Shown: in pieces, positions 1 through 9,237 of the stretch
How positions within the stretch are numbered: position 1 is the stretch's first letter
How the letters are laid out: every line of letters starts with the position of its first letter
From: Alphaproteobacteria bacterium
Lineage (GTDB): Bacteria; Pseudomonadota; Alphaproteobacteria; Bin95
Reading direction: 5' to 3'
Assembly (NCBI GenBank): GCA_963665325.3
Contig: CAXXWS020000003.1
Location: forward strand, 448,001 to 512,000
Length of the DNA: 64,000 bases
Program-made: the position numbers and the translations under genes
The notes under the pieces: generated by a model
The model's database searches: none
Seen by the model: the letters and a program-made list of their open reading frames with translations, nothing else
What the model was told of the DNA's origin: nothing

Positions 1-18
1 AACGGCAGGAAACCAGCC

Positions 19-1566
19 ATGAACTGGCAGCCCGAACTCGACGAATTGCGCCGCCGCGAAGCCTTCGCGCTCAAGCTCGGCGGCGAGATGCGCGTCAGGC
101 GCCAGCGCGACGGCGGGCGGCTCAATGTCCGCGAGCGGATCGCGGCGCTGGTCGATGACGGCAGTTTCCACGAGCTCGGCGCTATCGCCGGGCTGGCGAG
201 CTATGACGGCCGCAACGACCTCGAACATCTGCTGCCGTCCAACTTCGTCTTCGGGCGCGCGCGGCTCGACGGGCGCCCCGTGGTCGTCGGCGGCGACGAT
301 TTCACCGTGCGCGGCGGCTCGGCCGACGCCACCATCAAGGAAAAGCACATCATGTGCGAGCAGATGGCGAACCAGCTTCGCCTGCCGCTGGTGCGCATGG
401 TGGAGGGCTCGGGCGGCGGCGGCTCGGTCAAGACCATCGAGACCGAGGGCCGCTCGAACGTACCGGGCGTCAAGGGGTGGGAATGGGTGGTCGAGAACAT
501 GGGCACGGTGCCGCGCGTGGCGCTGGGGCTGGGCTCGGTCGCGGGTCTCGGCGCGGCGCATCTGGCAGCGGCGCATTTCTCCGTGCTGGTCAAGGAGCAG
601 GCGGCGCTCTTCGTCGCCGGCCCGCCCGTGGTCGAGCGCCTCGGCGAGAAGCTCGACAAGCAGGAACTCGGCGGCTGGAAGATCCATGCCCGCAACGGCG
701 CCATCGACTATGCGGCCGACAGCGAGGAGGACGCCTTCGACCTTGCGCGCCGGTTCCTCTCCTACCTGCCCTCCTCCATCGACGGCCTGGCCGAGCAGGG
801 CCCGCAGACCGACGACCCGGACCGGCGCGAGGAATGGCTGATCGAAGCCGTGCCGCGCGACCGGCGCAAGGTCTATCGCGTGCGCCCCATCGTCGAGGCG
901 GTAGTGGACCGGGGCAGCTTCTTCGAGTTCGGGCGGGACTGGGGCCGGTCGGTCGCCACCGGCTTCGCGCGGCTTGACGGCTGGCCCGTGGCGGTGATGG
1001 CGTCGGACCCTTATTTCTTCGGCGGCGGCTGGACGGCGGACGCCTGCCGCAAGGTGCGCCGCTTCGTGGATCTCGCCCAGACCTTCCATCTGCCGATGGT
1101 CTATCTGGTCGATTGTCCCGGCTTCCTGATCGGCTCGAAGTCCGAGCGCGAGGCGACGATCCGCTACGGCGTCGAGGCGATGTCGGCCATCTGGCAGACC
1201 ACCATCCCCTGGTGCGCGGTCATCCTGCGCAATGTCTTCGGCGTGGCGGGCGCCGCGCACCAGAACGGCGGGCGGCTCTCCTACCGCTATGCTTGGCCCT
1301 CCGGTTTCTGGGGCTCGCTGCCGCTGGAAGGCGGCATCGAGGCGGCCTACCGCGCGGACCTCGACGAGGCCGAGGACCCGGACGCCAAGCTCGCCGAGAT
1401 CGAGGAGCGGCTGGAGAAGCTGCGCTCGCCGTTCCGCTCGGCGGAGAGCTTCTGGATCGAGGAGATCGTGGACCCGCGCAACACCCGCCCGTTGCTCTGC
1501 GAATTCGCCAACCTGTCCGCCCCGCTCCGCGAAACCGGCCCCAGCTATTTCCGCATGCGGCCGTGA
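19..1566 (+). CDS. Acyl-CoA carboxylase carboxyltransferase (beta) subunit
   Basis: 515 aa; RERIxxLVD, DFTVRGGS, GPPVV, LVDCPGF and IVDPRNTR motifs of the carboxyl transferase family. Confidence 0.9.
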   Translation: MNWQPELDELRRREAFALKLGGEMRVRRQRDGGRLNVRERIAALVDDGSFHELGAIAGLASYDGRNDLEHLLPSNFVFGRARLDGRPVVVGGDDFTVRGGSADATIKEKHIMCEQMANQLRLPLVRMVEGSGGGGSVKTIETEGRSNVPGVKGWEWVVENMGTVPRVALGLGSVAGLGAAHLAAAHFSVLVKEQAALFVAGPPVVERLGEKLDKQELGGWKIHARNGAIDYAADSEEDAFDLARRFLSYLPSSIDGLAEQGPQTDDPDRREEWLIEAVPRDRRKVYRVRPIVEAVVDRGSFFEFGRDWGRSVATGFARLDGWPVAVMASDPYFFGGGWTADACRKVRRFVDLAQTFHLPMVYLVDCPGFLIGSKSEREATIRYGVEAMSAIWQTTIPWCAVILRNVFGVAGAAHQNGGRLSYRYAWPSGFWGSLPLEGGIEAAYRADLDEAEDPDAKLAEIEERLEKLRSPFRSAESFWIEEIVDPRNTRPLLCEFANLSAPLRETGPSYFRMRP

Positions 1567-1602
1567 GGCCGGCGAGTCCCGGCGGGGCAGCACCCCGCAG
1601 GG

Positions 1603-2085
1603 AATGTCATGAATTGTCATGTTTCGTCGCGATCCGCATAGGTATGGCTCTTCTCCTGCAGCCGGTTTGGGCATGACACCGTCCCGGCACACTCCCGGAT
1701 GCGGCGGGACCTCGGCGGAAATGTCATGAATTGTCATGTTTTGTTCCGAACCTGTCGCCCCGGGCAGCGAGAGGGTTCGTATCGCTCATCGGTCCTCCTC
1801 GTTCGTTCCGTTCTCCCCGCGCCAGCTTGTTGGCGGCGGGTCCCTTTTTCGCGCGCAATCGCGCGCGGGCGTGCGTGCCCGTCAGCGCCGGCGCGGTTCG
1901 CGCGCCTGATTGCGCCCGCGCGCGAGCCGGGTGCAAGACGCACGTCTCCTGTCCGTTCCGTTGAGTGTTTTTTTGCGCCAGCGCGAACCGGAAGGCGAAG
2001 AGCAGGGCCGCGGATGCCGTTTCCTTCCTGCCGCCTCATATTGGCCCGGATTGGCCTGAAGTCAACCCGCACAGGGAATTAATTC
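1603..2085. repeat. Structured intergenic element, copy A (homologous to 61815-62160)
   Basis: Exact 22-nt direct repeat AATGTCATGAATTGTCATGTTT at 1603-1624 and 1720-1741; core ~1847-2030 aligns by eye with ~61935-62108. Confidence 0.85.
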
Positions 2086-2126
2086 GGAAAAATACACAGT
2101 TTGTTTCTATCAAGGCCGGGTGCGCC

Positions 2127-2159
2127 TTGCCCCATATTGCCATATCGAGTAATATGGGG
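2127..2159 (+). promoter_or_regulatory. Putative sigma70 promoter of the vapBC operon, overlapped by an inverted-repeat operator
   Basis: TTGCCC (2127)-N17-TAATAT (2150); inverted repeat CCCCATATT (2130-2138) / AATATGGGG (2151-2159), typical of antitoxin autorepression. Confidence 0.6.
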
Positions 2160-2188
2160 AACCGTATCCCGGAATGAGGGGATATGTA

Positions 2189-2437
2189 ATGAAGACCACA
2201 GTGGAAATATCGGACGGCCTTGCCGAGGAGGTGAAGGCCTATATTGCGCGGGAAGGCGTGACCTTTCGCTCGGTGGTCGAGCGCGGGTTGCGCGAGGTCC
2301 TGCGCGCGGGAGAGACGGAACCGGAACCGTTTGTGTTGCGGGACGCCAGCGTTCGCGGCCGGGGGTTGCAGGAAGCCTTCCGGGGCGCGGGCTGGGAACG
2401 CATCCGGGGCGCCGCCTATGAAGGGCGGGGGAGTTGA
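2189..2437 (+). CDS. vapB: VapB-like antitoxin (ribbon-helix-helix)
   Basis: MKTTVEISDGL RHH-type N-terminus; 4-bp overlap with the downstream PIN gene. Confidence 0.75.
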   Translation: MKTTVEISDGLAEEVKAYIAREGVTFRSVVERGLREVLRAGETEPEPFVLRDASVRGRGLQEAFRGAGWERIRGAAYEGRGS

Positions 2438-2868
2438 TCGCCGTCGACACCAACATCCTGGTGTACGCACACCGGGCGGACTCGGAATGGCACGGGCCGG
2501 CGCGGTACCGCATCCGGGAGCTCGCCGAGGGGCGGGACCGGTGGGGGCTGCCCTGGCCGTGCATCCACGAATTCATCGCCATTGCGACCCACCCGGGAAT
2601 CTACAATCCGCCCTCGTCCCTGGAGGAAGCCCTGGACCAGGTGGACGCCTGGCTCGAATCCCCGGTCGCGGAATTGCTGACCGAGACCGGGACGCACTGG
2701 ACCGTCCTGAAGGACCAGCTGGTCGCCGGGCGGCTTCGGGGCCCGATGGTCCACGATGCCCGCGTGGCAGCGCTGTGCGTCGCGCATGGCGTGACGCAGC
2801 TCTGGTCCGCCGACCGCGATTTCAGCCGCTTCCCCGGCTTCGGCGCTAGGAACCCACTGCTTCGCTGA
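2434..2868 (+). CDS. vapC: VapC PIN-domain ribonuclease toxin
   Basis: IAVDTNILVYA, HDARVAA and SADRDF PIN acidic motifs. Confidence 0.9.
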   Translation: MIAVDTNILVYAHRADSEWHGPARYRIRELAEGRDRWGLPWPCIHEFIAIATHPGIYNPPSSLEEALDQVDAWLESPVAELLTETGTHWTVLKDQLVAGRLRGPMVHDARVAALCVAHGVTQLWSADRDFSRFPGFGARNPLLR

Positions 2869-2988
2869 CGCGGTTCCGGCTGTTTCCGTATGCAGCCGTG
2901 AGGGGCGAGACGGGCCGCTTCGTTCGACCGTGCTTGACGTCGGGGAGTCGGAAGGAGCTATGTTGGGATATTCGAAAGGAGGCTGCGG

Positions 2989-3237
2989 ATGGAGCGGATC
3001 GTGAATCTGCATATAGAGAAGCAGCCGGAAGGCGTCTGGCTGGCGACCTCCGAGGAGATACCGGGTCTTGTTGCACAGGGGCGAACGGTTACCGAGACGC
3101 TGGAAATCGCTCGCGACGTCGCCCGGAAACTTCTCGAGGCCCGATCCGAACGGCATGGCCGGCAGGAACTCGATGAAGCGGGACCGATGCCGGTCGCGGA
3201 CTGTCTCGACTATCCGCTGGTGGTCGGCGGAGTCTGA
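2989..3237 (+). CDS. hicB: HicB-like antitoxin
   Basis: WLATSEEIPGLVAQGRTVTE partial RNase H-fold signature; RBS AAGGAGG. Confidence 0.8.
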   Translation: MERIVNLHIEKQPEGVWLATSEEIPGLVAQGRTVTETLEIARDVARKLLEARSERHGRQELDEAGPMPVADCLDYPLVVGGV

Positions 3238-3465
3238 ATGGGCCGACTTGCAGGTTTCCGCTACCGCGCCGTCGTCAAACGATTGAAGTCATCCGGATTC
3301 GCATTCGACCGCCAGGCCGCCGGATCCCATGAGATCTGGTTCAGCGCTCAAGCTGACCGCTATACTACCGTTCCCAATCATTCCGGTGCGATGCCTGAAG
3401 GCACTTTGCGTGCCATCCTGCGACAGGCGGGAATTTCAGTGGACGATTTTCTGAAATCGAAATAG
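3238..3465 (+). CDS. hicA: HicA mRNA interferase toxin
   Basis: GSHEIW...TTVPNH...GTLRAILRQAG HicA motif. Confidence 0.88.
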   Translation: MGRLAGFRYRAVVKRLKSSGFAFDRQAAGSHEIWFSAQADRYTTVPNHSGAMPEGTLRAILRQAGISVDDFLKSK

Positions 3466-3488
3466 GCGAACAGCCTTGGCTGCCCCTT

Positions 3489-4589
3489 TCAAGGCCGTCC
3501 GGAGCCGCCTTCCAGCGTGAGGACGCGGGCTGCGAGGCGGCGGAGCTGACGGGCGACGCGGCCCATGCGCGCCAGATGCGCCTGCGCGGCGAGATAGACG
3601 GATTTGGGCCGGGCCGGATAGCCGACCCAGACCTGGCCGGGCGGCACGGACTTCCAGACCGCAGCAGCACCGCCCACCACTGCATCGTCGCCGATCTCGA
3701 TATGGTCGGCGAGCATGGCCGCGCCGCCGAGCACTACTCGGTTGCCGATGCGCGTGCTGCCGGCAATGCCGGTCTTGCCGGAAATCAGGCAGTCCTCGCC
3801 GATGGCGATGTTGTGGCCGATCTGGCAGAGATTATCGATCTTGGTGCGCGCGCCAATGCGCGTCGCGCCGATATTCGAGCGGTCTATGCAGCTGTTGGCG
3901 CCTATCTCCACATCGTCGCCGATCTCGACCCGCCCTAGCGAACCGATGCGCCGCATCCGCTCGTTGACGACGCCGTGAAAGTCGCCCGAGCGCCGGGCCG
4001 CCTCGAAGGAGGCGGGCCCGCGGGTCACATAGCTGAAGCCGTCAGCGCCGATGGCCGCGCCGGCCTGCAGGATGACGCGCGCGCCGAGCAACACCCCCTC
4101 GCCGATGCGCACGCCGGCATGGAGCAGGCAGTCGGGGCCGATGCGCGCCCCCGCTCCGACCGAGGCGTGGGAGAGGATGCGCACGCCCGCGCCGATCTCC
4201 GCCCCCGGCCCCACGGAAACAAACGGCCCGAGCGAAACGTCCGGGCCCAGGACTGCGCCGGCATCGACCGCGGCCGTCGGATGCACGCCGGGCGGCGCAT
4301 GCGGGCCCGGCTCGAACAACGCCACCAGCCCGGCCAGCGCGTAGCGCGGCGCCTCCACCTCGACCCAGGCGTCGAGAGCGCCCTCGGGCGGTTCTGCCCC
4401 TTCCGGCAGCACCGCGGCGCGGACCGGCGACTCCGCCAGCATGGCCGCGTGGCGCGCCTCCATCAGGAAGATCAGGTCGCCCGCCCCGCGCGCCTCGACG
4501 GGATGGACCAGCCGTTCGACCGTAAACCCTCCATCGCCGTGCAAGCGCCCTTCGGTCGCGGCGGCGACCGCTTCGAGCGCAACGGCCAT
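3489..4589 (-). CDS. lpxD: UDP-3-O-(3-hydroxyacyl)glucosamine N-acyltransferase
   Basis: Hexapeptide repeats; [20 protein letters not shown] and [11 protein letters not shown] motifs. Confidence 0.9.
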   Translation of the reverse strand: MAVALEAVAAATEGRLHGDGGFTVERLVHPVEARGAGDLIFLMEARHAAMLAESPVRAAVLPEGAEPPEGALDAWVEVEAPRYALAGLVALFEPGPHAPPGVHPTAAVDAGAVLGPDVSLGPFVSVGPGAEIGAGVRILSHASVGAGARIGPDCLLHAGVRIGEGVLLGARVILQAGAAIGADGFSYVTRGPASFEAARRSGDFHGVVNERMRRIGSLGRVEIGDDVEIGANSCIDRSNIGATRIGARTKIDNLCQIGHNIAIGEDCLISGKTGIAGSTRIGNRVVLGGAAMLADHIEIGDDAVVGGAAAVWKSVPPGQVWVGYPARPKSVYLAAQAHLARMGRVARQLRRLAARVLTLEGGSGRP

Positions 4590-6661
4590 CAGGCGGCGCG
4601 CACCCAGACCGCCGTGTCGTGGAACACGCCGCCGCCGACCGGCGGGGCCGCGTCGGCGGAAGTGAGCGCGTTGATGCCGAGCCCTTCCTCGAACGCCTCA
4701 TGCGGCCAGATGCTCTCGACCACAACCACGCCCCGCCTCACCCCGTCGAAATGCCGGGCATGAACAACCACCGACGCCTTGTCGTTGCCGACCCGCGTGC
4801 GCCCTCCATCGGCGATGCCGAGCGCCCCGGCGTCCTTGGGATGGATCATCACGGTCGGCCGGCCCTCGCGTTGCTGCGAGGTCGGCGTCTCGGTGAAGGA
4901 GGAGTTCAGATAGCCGCGCGCCGGCGAGGTCGCCATGCGGAACGGCTTGTCGTCCGTGGCGTTTTCGATCGCGTCCCAGTGGTCGGGCAGGCTTGGCATC
5001 GACCCGGAAGTATTGTGGGCGCGCGGGGAGAATGCTCCCCAGTCCGGCTTGAAGCGGAACTTGCCGTCGGGCCATGCGAAGCCGTCGAGATAGTGGGCCT
5101 TGCGGAAATCGGGCTGGGCATCGGTCCAGCGGAGCGTCTTCAGCTCCTCGAAGCCCGGATAGCCGGAACGGCGGAGCGTGGCGTCGGCGACTTCGGCGGC
5201 CGTCATGGCGTAGCCCGGATGATCGACCCCGAGCCTCCCGGCGAGTTCGGCCGTCACCTCGTGGTTCGACCGGCATTCGCCCGGCGGCTCGACGATCTTC
5301 GGCCCAGGGATGACATAGCTGTGCCCGCCGCCCTGGTAGATGTCGTCATGCTCAAGGAACATGGTCGCCGGCAGCACGAGGTCGGCCATTTGCGCCGTCG
5401 CGGTCATGAACTGCTCATGCACGCAGGTAAACAGGTCCTCGCGCTCGAAGCCGTCGCGGACCAGAAGATGCTCCGGCGCCACCATCATCGGGTTGGTGTT
5501 CTGGATCAGCATGGCGGTCACCGGCGGTCCGCCCTGAAGGTCCGCCGGATTGCCGGTGAGCACCGGGCCGATGCGCGTCTGGTCTAGCAGGCGCACAGCC
5601 GGATCGCGCACGTCCAGCCCCTCGATCAGCGACTTGTCCCAGCCGTAAATCGCGCCGTTGTTGTGGAACGCGCCGCCGCCCTCATATTTCCAGGCTCCGG
5701 TGACGGCGGCGATGCAGGAGGCAGCGTGCATGTTCACCGCGCCGTTGCGCTGGCGCGCAAAGCCGTATCCGAGCCGGAGATAGGTGCGTTTCGTGCGCCC
5801 GATCTCGCCCGCCAGCGCCTCGATCTCGGCCGCCGGGACGCCGCAGATCGCCTCTGCCCATTCCGGCGTGCGGTCCGCCAGATGCGCCTCCAGCTCCGCC
5901 GGCGCGTCGGTCATCGCCTCCAGATAGGCGCGGTCGGCGTGGCCGTCGCGGAACAGCACATGCATGATCGCGCAGGCGAGCGCGCCGTCGGTGCCGGGGC
6001 GCACACAGACGAACCGGTCGGCCTGTTTTGCCGTCTCGTTTCGATAGACATCGACGACGACGATGCGCGCGCCGCGTTCCCTGCGGGCGCGGACGGCGTG
6101 TGTCATCACATTGACCTGGGTGTTGACCGGGTTGGTGCCCCAGATCACCAGCAGGTCGGCCTTCGCCATCTCGCGAGGATCCGAGCCGGCGAGTTTGCCG
6201 GTGCCGGCGATGAAGCCGTTCCAGGCGATAGTGGTGCAGATCGTTGCGTGGAAGCCGGAATAACCCTTGACGTGCCGCAGGCGGTTGATGCCGTCGCGCT
6301 GTACCAGGCCCATCGTGCCGGCATAGTAGTAGGGCCATACGGTTTCCGGCCCGAACTTCGCCTCGGCCTCCAGGAATTTTTCCGCGCATAGATCGAGCGC
6401 CTCGTCCCAGGAAATGCGCTCGAACTTGCCGGAGCCCTTGGGGCCGGTGCGGACCATCGGGTGGAGCAGCCGGTCGGGATGGTGGATGCGCTCGGCATAG
6501 CGCGCCACCTTTGCGCAGACCACGCCGGCGGTATAATCGTTGTCGCGGGCGCCCCGGACGCGCCCGATGCTGTGGGCGTCGAAACGCTCGACCTCGAGCG
6601 CGCAGGTAGAGGGGCAATCGTGCGGGCACGCGCTGAAATGGATGGTCGGGCTTCCGTCCAT
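4589..6661 (-). CDS. Molybdopterin-dependent oxidoreductase (DMSO reductase family, 4Fe-4S)
   Basis: CPHDCPSTC...CAK N-terminal cluster; [12 protein letters not shown]; C-terminal molybdopterin dinucleotide-binding domain; start placed at MDGSPT. Confidence 0.88.
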   Translation of the reverse strand: MDGSPTIHFSACPHDCPSTCALEVERFDAHSIGRVRGARDNDYTAGVVCAKVARYAERIHHPDRLLHPMVRTGPKGSGKFERISWDEALDLCAEKFLEAEAKFGPETVWPYYYAGTMGLVQRDGINRLRHVKGYSGFHATICTTIAWNGFIAGTGKLAGSDPREMAKADLLVIWGTNPVNTQVNVMTHAVRARRERGARIVVVDVYRNETAKQADRFVCVRPGTDGALACAIMHVLFRDGHADRAYLEAMTDAPAELEAHLADRTPEWAEAICGVPAAEIEALAGEIGRTKRTYLRLGYGFARQRNGAVNMHAASCIAAVTGAWKYEGGGAFHNNGAIYGWDKSLIEGLDVRDPAVRLLDQTRIGPVLTGNPADLQGGPPVTAMLIQNTNPMMVAPEHLLVRDGFEREDLFTCVHEQFMTATAQMADLVLPATMFLEHDDIYQGGGHSYVIPGPKIVEPPGECRSNHEVTAELAGRLGVDHPGYAMTAAEVADATLRRSGYPGFEELKTLRWTDAQPDFRKAHYLDGFAWPDGKFRFKPDWGAFSPRAHNTSGSMPSLPDHWDAIENATDDKPFRMATSPARGYLNSSFTETPTSQQREGRPTVMIHPKDAGALGIADGGRTRVGNDKASVVVHARHFDGVRRGVVVVESIWPHEAFEEGLGINALTSADAAPPVGGGVFHDTAVWVRAA

Positions 6662-6720
6662 GGGGCCGCTCCTTCCGTTCGCAGCCGGCGAGTATAGCCA
6701 ACGGGAGGCAGGGGCGCGAC

Positions 6721-7650
6721 ATGGCGGAACTCCGGGAAATTGCAAGCGGACTCAGGTTCCCCGAGGGGCCGGTGGCGCTGCCCGGCGGCGACGTGCTGGT
6801 CTGCGAGATTGCGGCCGGGCGCATTACGCGCATTTCCCCGGACGGCGCTCGGACGGTCGCGGCCGAGACCGGCGGCGGCCCGAACGGCGCCGCGCTTGGC
6901 CCCGACGGCAGGCTCTGGGTCTGCAACAATGGCGGCATGGAGTGGTACGACCGCGATGACAAGCTCTTCCCGATCGGCTGCGCGAACAACTATGACGGCG
7001 GCTCGATCCAGCGCATCGACCTGGAGACGGGCGAGGTCGAGACGGTCTGGCGCGATTGCGGGGGCGAGCCGCTCAAGGGGCCGAACGACCTCGTCTTCGA
7101 CCGGACCGGCGGCCTCTGGTTCACAGACCACGGCAAGGAGCGCGGTCGCTCGCGGGATGTAACGGGCCTCTTCTACGCGCCCGCGGACGGCGGCCCGGTC
7201 CGCGAGGTCGTCTGGCCGCTCCACGGCCCGAACGGCGTCGGCCTCTCGCCGGAAGAGGACCGGGTCTATGTCGCCGAAACGGAGGCCGCGCGCCTCATCA
7301 CCTTCGACCTGGAAGCGCCGGGCGTCATCGCCGGTTCCGGCGGCAAGCGGGTGCGCGGCCATCGCGGGCGCTGCCTCCACGGTGCGCCGGGCCTGCAATA
7401 TTTCGACTCGCTCGCGGTCGAGGCCGACGGCCGCATCTGCGTCGCGACGATCCAGAATGGCGGCATCACCGTCATCTCCCCGGACGGCAGCACGGCGGAG
7501 CATGTGGCGATGCCGGACCCGGTGACGACCAATATCGCTTTCGGCGGGCCGGGCCTCGGCACCGCCTTCATCACCCTGTCCATGTCGGGCCGGCTGGTGT
7601 CCCGACCTTGGGCCCGCCCCGGCCTGCCGCTCAATTTCCTGAACCGGTAG
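6721..7650 (+). CDS. SMP-30/gluconolactonase family protein
   Basis: FPEGP, GPNG, GPNDL, FDSLAV and TTNIAFGG motifs. Confidence 0.9.
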   Translation: MAELREIASGLRFPEGPVALPGGDVLVCEIAAGRITRISPDGARTVAAETGGGPNGAALGPDGRLWVCNNGGMEWYDRDDKLFPIGCANNYDGGSIQRIDLETGEVETVWRDCGGEPLKGPNDLVFDRTGGLWFTDHGKERGRSRDVTGLFYAPADGGPVREVVWPLHGPNGVGLSPEEDRVYVAETEAARLITFDLEAPGVIAGSGGKRVRGHRGRCLHGAPGLQYFDSLAVEADGRICVATIQNGGITVISPDGSTAEHVAMPDPVTTNIAFGGPGLGTAFITLSMSGRLVSRPWARPGLPLNFLNR

Positions 7651-7707
7651 TGGGCTGCGAGATCCGGTCGAACCGCCCCAGATTCAAGGGGTGAGCCGCC
7701 GGTGGCT

Positions 7708-8940
7708 TCAGCCATATTCGATTTGGTGCTCGTAGCCGCTCTGCCGTCGATGAATTTTGCCAAATCCCCGACACCCTCCTTCAAACAGGACCGGGGCAAT
7801 CCCGCCGGATACCGAAGGCGAACGTATTAACTCGCGCTTGGCTTTAGGTTCAGCGTCTTCCAGGTACTTCACCTTCCAGCTGATGTATCTGCCACGCTCG
7901 GTCTCCTCGAAGCCGACGGGATATCTGTACCGTCTGCTTTGTCTAGCGAGTTCTTTCAAGCTGTAGTGCTTGCCATGTATTCGACAATCCCCGACGCTCA
8001 AATTCAACCAATCCCTGGTTTGTATTGAGTGTTTTTCCCAGGCCCTTAGGTCATCTTGATCGAAGATCAGTCGATACCTAATGTTGCTATTGCTTTCATT
8101 GCCAATGGCGACGTGCATACCAATCTTTACCTCTTTCATGAAATATTGCAGCTGATCGAAAGAGACAGTAAACGTAAACGGTGACGGATTTGTGTGGTCA
8201 AAAAGTATGGAGGTGGGCAGGTGTCCGGCTCCTCCGGTTACAATGCCGATCAGCTTCCCGGCCGCGTCGAGTACGGGACCGCCGCTAAAGCCGGTATATG
8301 AAATGACGAGAAGCTGCCGCCCTGCGTCCTTTAGTGTCCGGTTTTGAAATGGCCCGGTGTCGACTTTGAAGTTCACGTCAATACGGCAGTGGGCCTCTGT
8401 TAACAATCGAGCTTCAGATGCGAAGAAAATCGCGTCCGGTGTCGTGGTTTTCGCTTTATTATCTCCAACGATGAAAAAGGGTATTCCAGTCGAGCATTGA
8501 TCCTTTTGGGCCAATTTAACAGCCCTCAATTTCCTGAGACCTTCCCTTTTCTGTTTCGGAATTTCTACCAAAACGGCTGCCAAGTCACTAGAGTCGGATT
8601 TTCTAATAACTTTACCAAGAAGGGCGGATTCCGTATCATATTTTGATCGGTCTCTGACAAAAGAATCACCCTCGAATAGGGGGAAATTCACAAAAATAAT
8701 GTCACCGGAATCCACGATATGTCGCGCAGTAAGTAGTATAACCCATCCTTCGTCCTTGATTCTTTCAGCGACGACAACACCGGTTCCTTTGTGGGTTTCC
8801 ATTTTCTGTGAGTGCAACGTATGCACAATAACCGTAGACTTGTGAACGTGCTCCGGAAGTTTGTCCAATAAATCCGCAGTGGCGTGGGGCACTTGCGAAT
8901 GGACCAGAAGTGCCGTGAGGGCGAGCATCGCTACCTTCAT
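7708..8940 (-). CDS. Secreted trypsin-like serine protease (low-GC islet)
   Basis: Signal-like MKVAMLALTALL; GTG, LTARH (His), DLA (Asp), GFSGGP (Ser); visibly AT-richer than its flanks. Confidence 0.75.
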   Translation of the reverse strand: MKVAMLALTALLVHSQVPHATADLLDKLPEHVHKSTVIVHTLHSQKMETHKGTGVVVAERIKDEGWVILLTARHIVDSGDIIFVNFPLFEGDSFVRDRSKYDTESALLGKVIRKSDSSDLAAVLVEIPKQKREGLRKLRAVKLAQKDQCSTGIPFFIVGDNKAKTTTPDAIFFASEARLLTEAHCRIDVNFKVDTGPFQNRTLKDAGRQLLVISYTGFSGGPVLDAAGKLIGIVTGGAGHLPTSILFDHTNPSPFTFTVSFDQLQYFMKEVKIGMHVAIGNESNSNIRYRLIFDQDDLRAWEKHSIQTRDWLNLSVGDCRIHGKHYSLKELARQSRRYRYPVGFEETERGRYISWKVKYLEDAEPKAKRELIRSPSVSGGIAPVLFEGGCRGFGKIHRRQSGYEHQIEYG

Positions 8941-9089
8941 CGCTCTTCCTTCCCAAGCGGTTGATGTTATCATATCACGCTGGCTGGCAGAATGCAAGCA
9001 CAGGGCGACGAAAGGGAGGCGCGATATCCGAAGGGTTCGGTCGGATCGACGCCCGGCGTCCCGACCCTCGCCCCATCATGCCCCCGTAT

Positions 9090-9183
9090 CGTCATGCCCG
9101 GACTTGTTCCGGGCATCTCCCTTGCCCGTCTCCACCGGGTCGGGCGGCCGCCAAGGATGCCGGGAACAAGTCCGGGCATGACG
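9090..9183. repeat. REP-like palindromic element with 28-bp inverted arms
   Basis: CGTCATGCCCGGACTTGTTCCGGGCATC ... GATGCCGGGAACAAGTCCGGGCATGACG (one mismatch); each arm is itself a hairpin. Confidence 0.85.
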
Positions 9184-9237
9184 GAAAGGAGGTGACGCGG
9201 GGGCTCCGCCATCGGTTCCTATCAACAGCCGTTGGTA

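Noticed and set aside
1603-1741. CRISPR array
   Set aside because: Only two 22-nt repeats with a 95-nt gap; no cas genes in the window.
1699-2082. ORFs overlapping the repeat copies (also 61786-62556 and 61814-62188)
   Set aside because: Similar peptides arise only because the DNA is repeated; frames and stops are not conserved between copies.
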